Under the pieces are notes generated by a model. It did no database searches and was not told the origin of the DNA. It saw only the letters and a list, made by a program, of their open reading frames with translations. Positions 24,301 to 37,700 of a DNA stretch of 64,000 nt are shown piece by piece (position 1 is the stretch's first letter; each line of letters starts with the position of its first letter). The DNA is from Haliotis cracherodii (lineage: Eukaryota). The stretch is from contig NW_027266319.1 of the NCBI RefSeq assembly GCF_022045235.1, forward strand, positions 55,862,001 through 55,926,000. The letters run 5' to 3'. Both the position numbers and the translations under genes were made by a program.

Positions 24301-26660
24301 ATGTAATGAGTCAACAGTTGAATGTTCTTTTAGAAGCATACATTGTTTACCCACTGAATGGTTTTCGAATTCTGGCCCGGAAACGAACCCGTTCCTCAAT
24401 GGAGTCTAGGTCCAACTTCTTTTCATAAAAATCGTAACCAAATAAAAATTCGTAAAAACAAAATATCAAAAGGCATCACTTCAGTATGTGCCTGATAGCT
24501 GTGCCAAGTTTCAATAAAATACACTGAATGGTTTTCGAATTCTGCCCCGGAAACGAACTCCATCCCCAATTGAGTCTATGTCCAACTTCATTCCATAAAA
24601 ATTTAAAAAAATTAAAATTAGAAAAATCCCAAAATATCAAAAGGAATCACTTCAGTATGTGCCTGATAGCTGTGCCAAGTTTCAATCAAATACACCGAAT
24701 GGTTTTCGAATTCTGCCCCGGAAACGAACTCCATCCCCAATTGAGTCTATGTCCAACTTCATTCCATAAAAATTTAAAAAAATTAAAATTAGAAAAATCC
24801 CAAAATATCAAAAGGCACCACTTCAGTATGTGCCTGATAGATTTGCCAAGTTTCAATCAAATACACTGAATGGTTTTCGAATTCTGCCCCGGAAACGAAC
24901 CCCATCCCCAATTGTGTCTATGTCCAACTTCATTCCATAAAAATTTAAAAAAATAAAAATTAGAATAATCCCAAAATATCAAAAGGCACCACTTCAGTAT
25001 GTGCCTGATAGATTTGCCAAGTTTCAATCAAATACACTGAATGGTTTTCGAATTCTGCCCCGGAAACGAACCCCATCCCCAATTGTGTCTATGTCCAACT
25101 TCATTCCATAAAAATTTAAAAAAATAAAAATTAGAATAATCCCAAAATATCAAAAGGCACCACTTCAGTATGTGCCTGATAGATTTGCCAAGTTTCAATC
25201 AAATACACTGAATGGTTTTCGAATTCTGCCCCGGAAAAGGAAATGATTACGGACGGAAAGACGGTCAGACGGACGGACGGACGGACAGACAGACTGGCTG
25301 ATCGCTATATACCCCCGCATTATATGCCGGGGGGATAACAAATCGTTTGCCTTCAGACATTTAGCTTTAGGGTATTTAATATGCGGAAGGAAAGTTAAGT
25401 GGTTATTAAAAATAAGTCCCAAGAACCTGGCCTCCTTCACAACTTTGATGGGGGTGCCATTCAAAAATAGTTAAGGGTCCTTATGCGAATTATGTTTCCT
25501 GCAGAAATGATGTATACAGTTAGTTTTCTTATTGAGAAAATTTCAACCCGTTTTCAAGGGACCACTTATTATTATTTAGACTGCCTCTCTATTGTATGCA
25601 TATTTTTACCTGGACAAGTAATATTAAAATCATCCACGAAAAGTGATCCATCTTCTGAATCACTTAAACCCTTTGGCAGCCTATTTATTTTAATACGAGT
25701 AAGTGAAAAACAAAATACTGCCTGATTCTGATTAGCCTGAATGGTCAGACGGGGTTGTACCCACTCGGACTTAAAATTGCATGTCTGTTAAAAACTGATA
25801 TGAAATAAGGTACATGAATTCTTAACCCCAAAGCAGATAAATCCTTTAAATGCTATGCTTCCATAGTGTAGTAGTGTATGCTTACCCAAGATCAACGAAA
25901 ATTGATACTATGTGTTGTTTGTTTGCTAGAGCATTTTAACAAAGTATTATAATCGTATTAATACTTAATAGTACTTCTATTTCCCCCCGGAAACCACATG
26001 GAATATTTGTGTGAAGATTATTGGTTTCCAGATACCCAACTAATCTATTATTCAACATTCGTTCCATTGTTTTGCAAACGCAACCGGTTAAAGAAACAGG
26101 GCGGTAATTTGGGGGACCTGTATGATCCCGGCTAGGGTTTTGGTATTGGGAGTACAATGGCCACGAGTGATGTAAAATATCCTGATATCAAAAATATCAA
26201 AAAGTGTCTGAAGACATGTTTCAGACAATTGCTGCAATAATTGGAGTGGATATCATCCAATTGACCAATCATAGGTTTCAATAATGACTTGAAGACCACA
26301 TGGCCACTGCACATTTGGTTCCTAATTAAACTAAGTGCCATTAGATATCCATGTAGCACACATCACCACATTGACATCAAGGTAATTTTATTTTCTAGAA
26401 TCTTACCTGACTTTTACTTTTATAAACTTTCAGACAGTAAGGTCTCCAGCTACTACTTCGATGGTTCAGATGCGACAAATGAAGGACAGTGGGTATTCCA
26501 CGATGGCCGACCTATGACCTACTTTGCCTGGAGTCCATCCTTCCCGGTTAATCTTACAAACAAACATTATGTTGTCGCCAGCAAAGCTAGCAATGCATTT
26601 CTGTGGCAAGACAGGAAGAAGGCCGAAACAAAGTACTACATTTGCGAGAAAGATATTTGA
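17745..26660 (+). CDS. Secreted PAN/apple + C-type lectin-like domain protein (~237 aa, 3 exons)
   Basis: Exon 17745-18051: signal peptide and PAN-like TCVSLC..CVSVFY..CQL. Exon 21058-21237 (or 21240): CPSGY..FCY..C..HFVVIDS. Exon 26434-26660: FDGSD..EGQWVF.DG.PMTYFAW..WQD..YICE*. GT-AG with compatible phase-1 junctions. Confidence 0.8.
18109..19340. mobile_element. Hairpin/inner-IR element in lectin intron 1, with nested SINEs
   Basis: Palindrome 18109-18255 centred on CGAGCGAAAGCGAG. The partner of the imperfect inner IR is split by a SINE. Confidence 0.5.
21270..21445 (+). repeat. (CA)n microsatellite plus ACACTA minisatellite
   Basis: Directly visible. Confidence 0.9.
22323..22680 (+). 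mobile_element. tRNA-derived SINE family B (Meta/MESC-like core); other copies ~12598-12935, 18708-19328(-)
   Basis: A/B boxes, core CGTCATACCAAAAGACGTTAAAAGATGGTAC, (CACCT)n tail, flanking near-duplication TCCAGCT(A/G)GCAAC. Superfamily assignment is from memory. Confidence 0.75.
23150..26260 (-). mobile_element. Highly degraded LINE fragment in lectin intron 2
   Basis: Fragments YRPVSLTGCVCKTMERM, PIKVVKEARFLG, EVDEPSL, FIDSLSCLQA. Confidence 0.75.
24223..25338 (+). repeat. 171-bp tandem array inside a HINE/MITE-like element inserted in a LINE remnant
   Basis: Period 171 (24472, 24643, 24814, 24985, 25156). AACAAGAG start, ATCCCCCCGGC/GCCGGGGGGAT IR, (GACG)n tract. The LINE reading continues across it. 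Confidence 0.82.
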
Positions 26661-27260
26661 TCTGGTGTTGTTTTGTCAAGATTAGGACGATACCTTGGTG
26701 TATTGTGCTCTCCAAGCAAAGTTTCATATACAGAACATGACTTGGCCCCATACCTGGCACTTATGGAACATGAAGACTTGCCGTGATGTTCAGCACACAT
26801 ACTTTTAATCTGTAAAATACCTGATTGTTCTGCACCGATGTTTTCTGTAGAAAATCAATTCGACATTAGTATGTGGAATCAGACATGTATAACCATTTTT
26901 ACATAAATCTATAAAGTAAACTACGTTTATACCGCACCCGTGAGGTTTAGGGGAAGAATAGGTCTTCAGCAACCCATGCTTGCCGTAAAAGGCGACTATG
27001 CTTGTCGTAAGAGGCGACTAACGGGACCGGGTGGTCAGGCTCGTTGACTTGGTTGATACATGTCATTGATCCCAATTGCGTGGATCGATATTCATGATGT
27101 CAATCACTGGATTGACTGGTCCAGACTCGATTATTTACAGACCGCCGTCATATAGCTGGAAAATTGCTGATCCCATCAGTCGCCTCTTACGACAAGCATA
27201 AAAACGGTATAGTCAAAAGTATATTACAATAAATTGTTCTATACCAACTACAGATTTAGA

Positions 27261-27598
27261 GTGAGTGAGTTGGGTTTAACGCCTCCTAACGTGTGCATAC
27301 CAACTCCTGCGGGGAACAGTTGGTATTATTGTAGTCATGCCTTGCGAGTTGGGTTTAACGCCGCTTTTAACAGTATTCCAGTCATATTGCGGCTTTTCAG
27401 CTTAATGTGGGAGGAAGGCCCGAAGTGATGCAGGTCTCAGACGTTTACCACTTTGGTGAAACCCACGAGCACGGGTATGGTACTGACACACCTAGAAACA
27501 TAATCGGAGCGAACCGGGATTCGAACCCACAATCATTCTAGGTTTCTGGCGTGTCCAAAGGACGCAATTTTGCATAGCAACTCGGCCACCCGTGGCCC
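27261..27598 (-). mobile_element. tRNA-derived SINE family C; copies at ~35685-35930, 45755-46020 and in the first intron of every peptide-gene copy
   Basis: B box GGTTCGAATCCC, TTCCTCCCAC motif, (ACTC)n tail, 13-bp TSD CTACAGATTTAGA. Confidence 0.8.
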
Positions 27599-28476
27599 CT
27601 ACAGATTTAGAATGACCAGAGGACACTCTAAAAGACAATATAGCAAGAGGGCTGCTTCAACTTTCCAACTTGGGACCAGCTGCTCTAAACTTTGGTGTAA
27701 ACATTCAACGTCTTTTGAGGTAGAAGAGGCTCTTTTTCGAAGATTTCAAAGAGCGTCATTCTACTGTTACACAAACGTTGTTTGATCAGGGTTAAACATT
27801 TTAAACTTTTTCAAAAGGTTTATGGTAGACTCGTTGAAGCTTCACTGACAAAAATGATGTTTCATGAAGTGAGTCAGGGCTCCAGTCTATAATAAACTCC
27901 GGAAACGTACACACATCAGTGAAACCTGCTACAAGAGAGATGATGAGCCATTAGGACGTCAGGGCGTACTCATTGTTGCATCACCACACAGCTCATAATC
28001 TGTAGTGATCTGGTTGTTTTATTCCTTGTGACATGGTATCAACATAAATATTCAGCCAGCGTTTCTTCATGAACATATATTCGTTTGACGGTTTCATGTC
28101 TTGAATTGGGCGGTCGGGTAGCCTAGATGTTAAAGCGTTCGCTCGTCACGCCGAAGACCCGGGTTACGATTCCCGTCATGGGTACAATGTGTGAAGCGCA
28201 TTTCTGGTGTCCCCCGCCGTCATATTGCTGTAATATTGCTTAAAACGGCGTAAAACCAAACTCACTCACTCATGTCTTGAATTGATTATCCTGCATTTGT
28301 TATTGAACTAATTAATTTTAAAAACTGGTTACCAGGTTATTAACGCATCTTTATGAAACAGAATAAATCTAACAACATCAATCAATCAACCATTAGCTAT
28401 ACCCTTTTCAGTGATATATAAGAACATCGTGTGACAGTTGTATTTACTCTGCAATCATTAGTGTACATGCAACCGG

Positions 28477-28742
28477 ACCCGTGAAGATCCGGGGAAGAAT
28501 AGGTCTTCAGCAACCCATGCTTGCCGTAAAAGGCGATTATGTTTGTCGTAATAGGCGACTAACGGGATCGGGTGGTCAGGCTCGCTGACTTGGTTGATGC
28601 ATGTCATTGATCCCAATTGCGTGGATCGATGTTCATGATGTCAATTACTGGATTGTCTGGTCCAGACTCGATTATTTACAGACCGCCGTCATATAGCTGG
28701 TATATTGCTGAGTGCGGCGTAAAACAAACAACCAACCAACCA
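28477..28742 (+). mobile_element. ~270-bp retroposon with no tRNA head (LINE-like 5' and 3' ends); copies ~26937, 29447, 31238, 32265, 33035, 35119-35399(-), 37448, 44460(-), 47710, 56072
   Basis: 12-bp TSD ACATGCAACCGG here; 14-bp TSD CGCCTCGGTAAATG at the 35119-35399 copy. (CAA/CAAA)n-type tail. Confidence 0.85.
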
Positions 28743-28763
28743 ACATGCAACCGGGACTTGAGA

Positions 28764-29081
28764 ATGACTGCATTCGTCTCAAGGATTAATTCCGGAGTGG
28801 TTACACTATTCCTTATTCATTTTGTAACAAGTTCGCCCTCTTTGATGAAGACTGGCTTAGGAATCAAGTGGAAAATGTTCACAAATGTTATAGTACCCTC
28901 ACTGCAGTTTCAAACGTTCAAAGCAGTTTGACATGTGTGACGCTGTGTCATCGGAACGAGGCTTTTGCATGTGTGTTCTACAGACGGCAGCACCGACGCT
29001 GTCAGCTCTATTGTTGTGTTGTTCCTGTCGCCCGAGGACGGAGATCAAGAGGCGGACACCGACTACTCATTGTTACTACAG
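28764..29081 (+). pseudogene. Frameshifted paralog of exon 1 of the PAN-CTLD gene
   Basis: KTGLGIKWKMFTNVI / SSLTCVTLCHRNEAFACVFYRRQHRRCQL / FLSPEDG match exon 1 in different frames. Donor G|GTGAG at 29081/2. No downstream exons recognised. Confidence 0.7.
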
Positions 29082-29779
29082 GTGAGACGTGTTTAGGGAA
29101 ACTGTTCAAACGTTTACCCTGCTCTTGTCCTGGGGAAAAGTATACGTGTAACTCTGTCTCAGGAAGGAACGATTGTCCTTCATTCATTCTCGAATCCTTG
29201 GTGAATGTATGCCAGCTGAATACACTAAAGTGGTGAACGATGTCCGATGCAGCCTTTCTCCAAATCATCGGTATGTATCAAACCGCTATTTACATACTGA
29301 AAATACTAAACAAGATTATTAGCGGGTTCTTTTATTCAAGACCTCAGTAAAGCTTTCGAAAGAGTTATGGTAAACATGTGATAATTATTTCAAAATTTTA
29401 CGAATCATTGACAAATATACATTACATCTGATACAATTGCCTATGGACCCGTGGAGATTCGGGGTAGAGTAGGTCTTCAGCAACCCATGCTTGTCGTAAA
29501 AGGCGAATATACTTGTCGTAAAAGGCGACTGACGGTATCGGGTGGTCAGGGTCGCTGACTTGGTTGATGCCTGGGCGATATCAATGTCATCGGATAGAAA
29601 AAACATTGAACAATAAATAAAGAAGATTTTGGTGAGTTGTGATTGAAATGTACAGACAAAAACATCATGGTAACACAGGTACTGCTTTTTACCGTGGACA
29701 ATGCCTTAAAAAAGTGCGGAGCTGTAGGATTAAGTAAACGAGTAACGTTTGATGTTTCATGTGAAAGTGTTCCTTAAAG

Positions 29780-30730
29780 TCACATGACACATGAAACAGA
29801 TCAGTAGCGGGTATAACCGCCACGTGCCCGGATGACACATTCCACCCTACGTCTCATGCCTGCAGTCAGACGTTGGATCTGTTTATAGGTCAACAACAAC
29901 CACTCCTGACGCAATGCTGCTTCCAATTGGGGTAAATCTTATACAGGACGATCTTGTGGCTGTATGCGCCGCCCGAGAATATCCCAAAAAAATATAAGGG
30001 GGTTCAAATCTGGGCTCATTGCTGGCCAGGGTAGAGTCGTTATTGCATTGGCCCTCATGTAATCCACGAATGCATGCGAACGACGAGGCCTGGCATTGCG
30101 ATCTATGTACTGAGGTATCATGATCAAGAGGGTGGTTGTCAAATTAAGGAACTACGACTGGCCTTAAAACGTCCCGGATGTACTGAGCCCCATGCAATCA
30201 TGGGAGATACACCCCCAAACCATTACCGAGCCCCCACCGTATGCAACAATCAGTTTAATGTTCCTGGGGGCGTAAGTCGTGTTCCGGTGCCTCCAAACAC
30301 TCGTTCTTCCACCAGTGACGTGCAGAAGAAAGCGAAATTCGTCTGACCAATGGATCCGTCTCAAAGTTCTCAGATTCCAGTTCTGTCGCGCAATACACCA
30401 TGCTAAACGAGCAGCTTTGTTGTGATCTCTATGCCAGGGACGCTTTATGACTCGTCTAGCGCTCAGTCCTGCTGCTTTCAGCCGGTTCCTGACGGTTCTG
30501 GTGCTTAATCGACGATTGGGCAGCCACACCTATTTCAGAGGAGTACTTGTTAAAAAGGGTTCTCGGCGTATGAGACGAAGAAGGTCCCTGTCTACGCGAT
30601 GTGTCGTCACAGAAGGTCTTCCGGTTCTGGGACGGTCCTGTACATCACCGGTCTGAGCATGTTTCTCGACTAAAGGGCTTACGACAGTGAGATGATTCCC
30701 CAAATTCCGACCAATGGCAAAAACATTCCT
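29780..30730 (-). mobile_element. Tc1-family transposase remnant
   Basis: STRTVRNRLKAAGL, WSDEFRF, GGGSVMVWGCIS, WPAMSPDLNP motifs across frameshifts. Confidence 0.85.
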
Positions 30731-33700
30731 GCGTTATGCTTGCCGATTATTTGCCATCTTGTGGCGTTTGATAATCGCCTTCGTGCCACGGCCACACAAT
30801 GTCATGGAATCACCGTTTAAAACCGAGCTTAAGAAAGCAATTTTAACGTTTGGATATACTGCTTTCACAGATACTCGAGGGTAGCATGCTGCACGGGCAT
30901 ACCATGCATGGTGAGCTTTGGTCACGCATGGCTGATTACATCATTTCGAAAAAATAATTCTTCCCGTAATTATATCTTTCATAACTGTTACAAATATTGG
31001 GACCAAACAATAATGAAATATATAACAGTGTGCTGAACTCTTTCTTTGTGTACATAACACCTAATAATATGTCAGCTAAACACAGCTTTTGAACGTTGTT
31101 CAATAAACACCGACTGTATGGTTGTATTGATATAAATTAAATACTGTAGCGCTATTTTATTCATTAAGATCAAGAAGTTGTACATATTTTATAAACTATC
31201 TTATTTTGTATTAATGATTTTAGCGTGTCTCACATTGCCGTGAAGATTCGGGAAGGAATAGGTCTTCAGCAACCCATGCTTGCCGTAGAAGGCGACTATG
31301 CTTGTCGAAAGAGGCGACTAACGGGATCGGGTGGTCAGGTCCAAAGACTTCATTGATGCATGTCATCGATCCCAATTGTGCGAATCGATGCGCATGATAT
31401 TAATCATTGGATTGTCTGGTCCAGACTCGATTATTTACAGACCGCCGTCATATGGCTGTAATATTGCTGAGTGCGGCGTTAAACAACATAAACTTTATTG
31501 ATGGCGTTACTTTTTACCTGTTGTACCAATCCACTGTAATCAATATCTAATACAACCAACCTATTGTTTTATTAATCACGACAACTGTAACACGTTACAC
31601 GTAAATAAACTATTTCTCTTCATAGACACAGATGTGTATGCTTGTCCACTGAAGGAATAGGGGTCAGGATTGATTTGGCGGACTGCATTTCAGTGTTGCC
31701 CATGTCGTGTATGTGAAGCTTTCAGTGTCTTGTTTGTCTGACCAAGGCTCGATTATTTACAGGTGTTGATCTAGCAATGTTTATTTGTTTGTGACGGCTT
31801 TGCAGCAGCACTCGGTAATAATGGAGTCAGGACCACACAATCCAGTGATTGACGTCACCAGCTTCGATCTACGCAAATGGAAGACGATAACTTGGAAACC
31901 AAGTCAGCGAGTCTGACCACCACCAGATCCCGCTAGTCGCCTCTCTCGTATTGCTTACTGTGGTGTTTAGGATTCACGTGTTCACTACAATACTATACCA
32001 TACCAATTCTATCGTGACACTGAAGAATAATAACAGACGTCAAAATAACATTAAAATCGGGTGTTTAATTCAATGCCATCTAATTCACTTAAATACCTCA
32101 AAATTAAGCCTTTTCACACACTAAAATGCGTGCGAATGTATCGATCTATCGTTAGCCTTCATATAATCAATGCAACGACAGTGGTTTCCGATTACATTAT
32201 CAGATGTTTTTGTCACTGACTGGTACATTGCACAAGCACTTGGTCACATCGATTTCAGAACACATAAAAGGCGACTATGCTTGTCATATGAGGCGACTAA
32301 CGGGATCGGGTGGTCAGGCTCGCTGACTTGGTTGATGCATCTCATCGATCCCAATTGCGTGGATCGATGCTCATGATATCACAATCACTGGATTGTCTGG
32401 CCCAGACTCGATTATTTACAGACCGCCGTCATATAGCTGGAATATTGCTGAGTTCAGCGTACAACAACAAACCAACCGACCAACCAACATGCAATAGTTA
32501 AAACATACAGAAGCCACGAGTCAAAATCAAGCTCAATCTAAAGCGCTCGGTTCCGAACTAAAATAACAGTTATCTATTTTACAATTACAACCTCAAATTT
32601 CAAAATACAATAGGTTTATCTCTTAATTAACTGGTTTAGCCAGGTGGATAAAGGGAGAATCGAAATAGAATTGATTTATGCCGACATTTACCCACTACTA
32701 CCATGTCAACTCGTTAGTTCCTGTAGCATTGAACACGTATTCAATGCTGTGCTATCACGGCACAATGGATAGACTGAAACCTTGTGACGGGTTAATGCAT
32801 TAAGTCGAGACACCGAGCACTAATTAATACTAAGTTTTTCTATGGTCAGGTGCACACAGGCCGCTCATTAACCCAGATTCACATTATAGCGTTTTGTTCG
32901 TGTTACTATCCATTTGATTTATTTATCAAATTCAACTGAAACCCGATTTTGTGTTACAGGCATGGCTCATCCATTGGTGATGCATTGCACACGGGGGCTT
33001 CACGACTTCAACTCGCGCTTCACAACGATTGCGGCCTGTGAAGTTCCGGGGTAGAAGAGGTCTTCAGCGACCCATGCTTGCCATAAAAGGCGACTATGCT
33101 TGTCGTAAGAGGCGACTAACGGGATTGGGTGGTCAGGCTCGCTGACTTGGTTGATGCATGTCATCGATCCCACACTGCGAGGATCGATGCTCATGATGTC
33201 AATCACTGGATTGTCTCGTACCGACTCGATTATTTACAGAGCTAGAATATTGCTGAGTGCGGCGTTAAACAACAAGCAAATCACAGCGGTTACACACGCA
33301 TGTCAAAGGTGTGCAACGTGTGGAGCACCCGTGTACCATGCGTTCTCAGCGTTTGAAGGGGTAACGAACATCTGTGCAGTAGTGTATATCAAGACAGATT
33401 TACATAAATCGTATGTCACCTTTCCTTTGTATTTCATAAGGAATTCTTTGAATACATACCTTTTTCTCAAACATAATCATGTCCATTAAAAAAAAAAAAT
33501 ACGACCTCAAACATACGTGTACCGCGTCATGATCGATTATCGTTGATGTCCGTTCATCTCGAATGTCAAGATATCTGTAAAACATTTCCCACTGAGGCAC
33601 GGATATAACGGCATATATTTTCGGTAATTTTCAATGAACATTATCGTTTCCTTCATGGGGATTGGCTTGTCAGCACGAATTGTTCCATTGCATTCAAGTT

Positions 33701-34580
33701 ATTTGAAAATGTCATAGTGACGTCATATGAACGCATTGTCATAAGTAATTGAAGATGACGTCAACCATAGGTTCAGGCGTTTTCACGAGCGGGTGTTCCC
33801 AAGGTTTAACACAGTATTATTGATCATTATACAATACCTGTTAAAAATAACAGATATCACATCGCTCATAATACATGAGAAAGATTTGCATAAGCATTCC
33901 GTCCATCGGCAATAAAGGTGGCATAAATACGTATTGAATAATTCAACTGTGTGTCTAGCGCCAAGACAAAGGTATTCAAATCTTTGAAATAAATTAGTAG
34001 ATTTAAAAGAATATCTTTATGCGGCAGGAACGACATTAAAGGTTGTGTACAATCTAATATAAATCTAATATCTAATTATAAATGCGTTTTTACGCAATTA
34101 CGACATTTACTACGCTAGCCTATTTTAACCAAAAAGCGTGATTGTGTATTGATAATGTACTAACTCAAGAACCGTCAATTTGGCTTACAATGGGGCAAAC
34201 AGGAACTGAATACTTTTCATTGTCAATTCTACTGTGGTTACAGATGATGTCTAAATGAGAACCTCCTTCGTTTGAAGGGGCAGCCTAGTTATTAAAACGT
34301 TCACTCGTCACGCCGAAGACCCAGGTTCGATTCCCGACATGGGTACAATGTGTGAAGCCCATTTCTGGTGTCCCCCGCCGTAATATTGCTGTAATATTGC
34401 TAAAAGATACCATACCCACTCATTCACTCTTCCGTTTACAGTTATACATCCAATTCCTGAGGAATTGTGAACAAACATGAAAACACCATTACTTCTTGTC
34501 ACTGCCTGTCCGTTATTATGGCATTCAATATAAAACGTTAACGCACTAGAGAATGATTATTCTCGAGTCTGTGCCGAAAC

Positions 34581-34746
34581 AGTCAGTGAGTGAGTATGGT
34601 TTACGCCGCTTTTAGTAATAATCCAGAAATATCACGGCGGGGGACACCAGAAATGGGCTTCAAACAGTGTACCCATGTCGGGAATCGAACCCGGGTCTTC
34701 GGCGTGACGAGCGAACGCTTTAACTACTAGGCTACCCGACCGCCCC
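34581..34746 (-). mobile_element. tRNA-derived SINE family A (~170 bp); other copies ~18972-19127(-), 23690-23851, 28108-28270, 34278-34428
   Basis: A box TAGCCTAGTAGTT (TAGCCTAGTGGTT in other copies), B box GGTTCGATTCCC, (ACTC)n tail, 12-bp TSD CTGTGCCGAAAC. Confidence 0.85.
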
Positions 34747-37700
34747 CTGTGCCGAAACTGATTCCATTAGGCGTACATGTAGAAGATAAAGTACTGGTGA
34801 AAATAATATGAATGGATCGAAAATCAATGTTGACACCAGGTGTTCGTGATGAAAAGGGTAATCATGTCCTGCTCTACCGATAGGGGCCGTAATTCATACA
34901 GTTTGCATGACAAGGTAAGTGTATGTTTGTCACCTGTCGACTTCAGCCTGTAAACAATCAAGACTGGACAAGACAATCCAGTGACACGATAACGCGTTTA
35001 CTGAATGTGTTGTCACTAGAAACACCCTGCCATGATTGGGATTGTCGAGTTAAATTCAAGGTCCACCAACCATAGTGAAGGGGACAAGCTGCAATATTCT
35101 GATGCGCCTCGGTAAATGTTTGATTGTTTGTTTGTTTGTTTGTTTGTTTGTTTGTTTTTTCTACTCAGCAATATTCCAGCTATATGACGGCGGTCTGTAA
35201 ATGATCAATTTTGGACCAGACAATCCAGTGATTGACATTATGAGCATCAATCCACGTAGTTGGGATCGATGACATGCAACAACCAAGTCAGCGAGCCTAA
35301 CCACCCGATCCCGTTAGTCGCCTCTTACGACAAGCATAGTCGCATTTTACGACAAGTATGGGTTGCTGAAGACCTATTCTTCCCCGGATCTTCACGGGTC
35401 GCCTCGGTAAATGCACAATTCACATCCACGATGCAGATCAATCATCTTTAAAGCACTGGGTATGAAATGTGTGATTGCTGGTAATAACATGCCAGTAAGT
35501 GCTATCGTGATTGCTTGTTCATTGTTTGTCGGTGTAGTGGCTCTGTTGGTTCTTTGAGGCATGTTCGCAAGATGGAATTTACCACGTCTGCCCCACAGAA
35601 TACAATACATTCAGTTCTTGCTTGATGCATATGACATCCAGTTATTTACCTAGTTCCATAGAAGACTCAGTCAATAATCGAAATCTATGATTGTGGGTTC
35701 GAATCCCAGTTCGCCCCGATTATGTTTCTAGGTTTGTCAGCACCATACCCGTGCTCGTGGGTTTCACCGAAGTGGTAAACGTCTGAGGCCTGCATCACTT
35801 CGGGCGTTCCTCCCACATTAAGCTGGCACGCCACGATATAACTGGAATACTGTTAAAAGCGGCGTTAAACCCAACTCGCAAGGCATGACTACAATAATAC
35901 CAACCGTTCCCCGCAGGAGTTGGTATGCACACGTACATGCTGGTGATGTTACTCTTCAATATTGACTTTTATCACATTACTTTTGATTATGGTTGTAATG
36001 CATCATTAAATACAATGTCTAGATCTATTCATGAATACTGTAAACACACCCAAGAATATTCAGCTGTAGCTGACTGACACTTTACTATTTCATGATGTGT
36101 TACAATGGTCAAATGTATGATCGATGTCATCAGAAAGGATGCATCTATAATTATCATGCACAGATCAATGAATATGTCATTGTCAAAACAAAGCACTCTA
36201 TTTCCAAACCGAAGCAGAATCACTGAGTTTTTCTCATTGCACTAGACCAGTAGCTAAGGTGTATGACGTATGAATACATGACACAATTCATACTACTACT
36301 TTATACTACTTCCGCCTTCTTCCCAAATAGCTGGTCGTGGGTTCAGATTGGCCTTCCAGCACCATACGCATACACTACCTGCGTCATATTAGGCGTGTTC
36401 AAGGGACACGACTCTGCACAGCGAATCGCGGCGCCTTAGACGACTGGGCCATCCGTGACCCCTCATGCAAAAGAAGAGGGACACCCGAGTAGGTGTAAAT
36501 ACGCTACATGAAATTACACCAACCATCGGTTACACCGATTTTGGTTAGTCAGTCCAGATTTGGAAAGGTCAAAACCCGATGATGTCGTATTGGCCATTGA
36601 CGCTAAAGTCATGAACATTTATTGAAAGGTGAGGACCCTCCATTCTGCATCCCTTGTGATGAAAGATCAATGTTTCAAATCATCATCTATTAAAGATCTT
36701 TTTCGTAGAATTAATTCTCGTTTAAATATTGGCTTTTAAAGGATATAGAATTATTTGAAATATTTTTGTTAATATTTTTTTAAAAACATGTTTTCAAATT
36801 CGCAACTGAGATTGTTTGTGGTTGAATCCAAGTACAGTTATATCAGTGTCCCCCTGAGAGGGTACATACGTTCCACATGCATAATGTATATGTATTATTT
36901 GTATTAAACACCTTGAATGCTAACTCTAAATGCACACAGCCGTCTTGATGTACATATTATATTTATCGCTGTACTTTATGTATGCTCTTGTACCACCGTC
37001 GGTGGTCTATGGAGAATAAAGAATCTGATATCAGTGTCCCCCTGAGAGGGTACATACGTTCCACCTCTTTCAAAGTAAATTTAAACTACCACATTTATAA
37101 GCGTAGTATATTTGTTAGTTTTAACTGGTGGATTAAACTGACTACACTTGCCAGCAGCTGAAGGGATAGTGTCAATTCTGCTGGGGAACCGTGCAGGTGG
37201 CAGAAGTATCGTCCCTACGGTTCCTTGTCCGTTTTTTATATTGTGATGTTGTTGTCTTTTACATGCTCTCAACTTGATTTAATTTGAAACTGTAATAATC
37301 TAGTTATGATACTGTCCATCACTGATGCGTGTGTGTGTGTGTATGTGTGTGTTAGGAATGTATTACTATATGTCGTCATGATATGGCTGAAATAGTGTAT
37401 TGTCGATGTGACATTGAACTATCTCACTCACTCGCTTAACATAACGAGCCGTGAAGATCCGGGATAGAATAGGTCTTCAGCAAACCATAAGGCGACCATG
37501 CTTGTCGTAAGAAGCGACTAACGGGATCGGGTGGTTAGGCTCGCTGACTTGGTTGATGCATGTCATCGAATACCAATTGCGAGGAATTATTTTCATGATA
37601 TTAATCAATGGATTGTCTGGTCCATACTCGATTATTTACAGACCGCCGTCATATAGCTGGAATATTGCTGAGTGCGCCGTTCAACAACAAACAAACAATT

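Noticed and set aside
24350-25240. Regular arrays as CRISPR
   Set aside because: Whole 171-bp units repeat with no unique spacers, there are no cas genes, and the context is eukaryotic.
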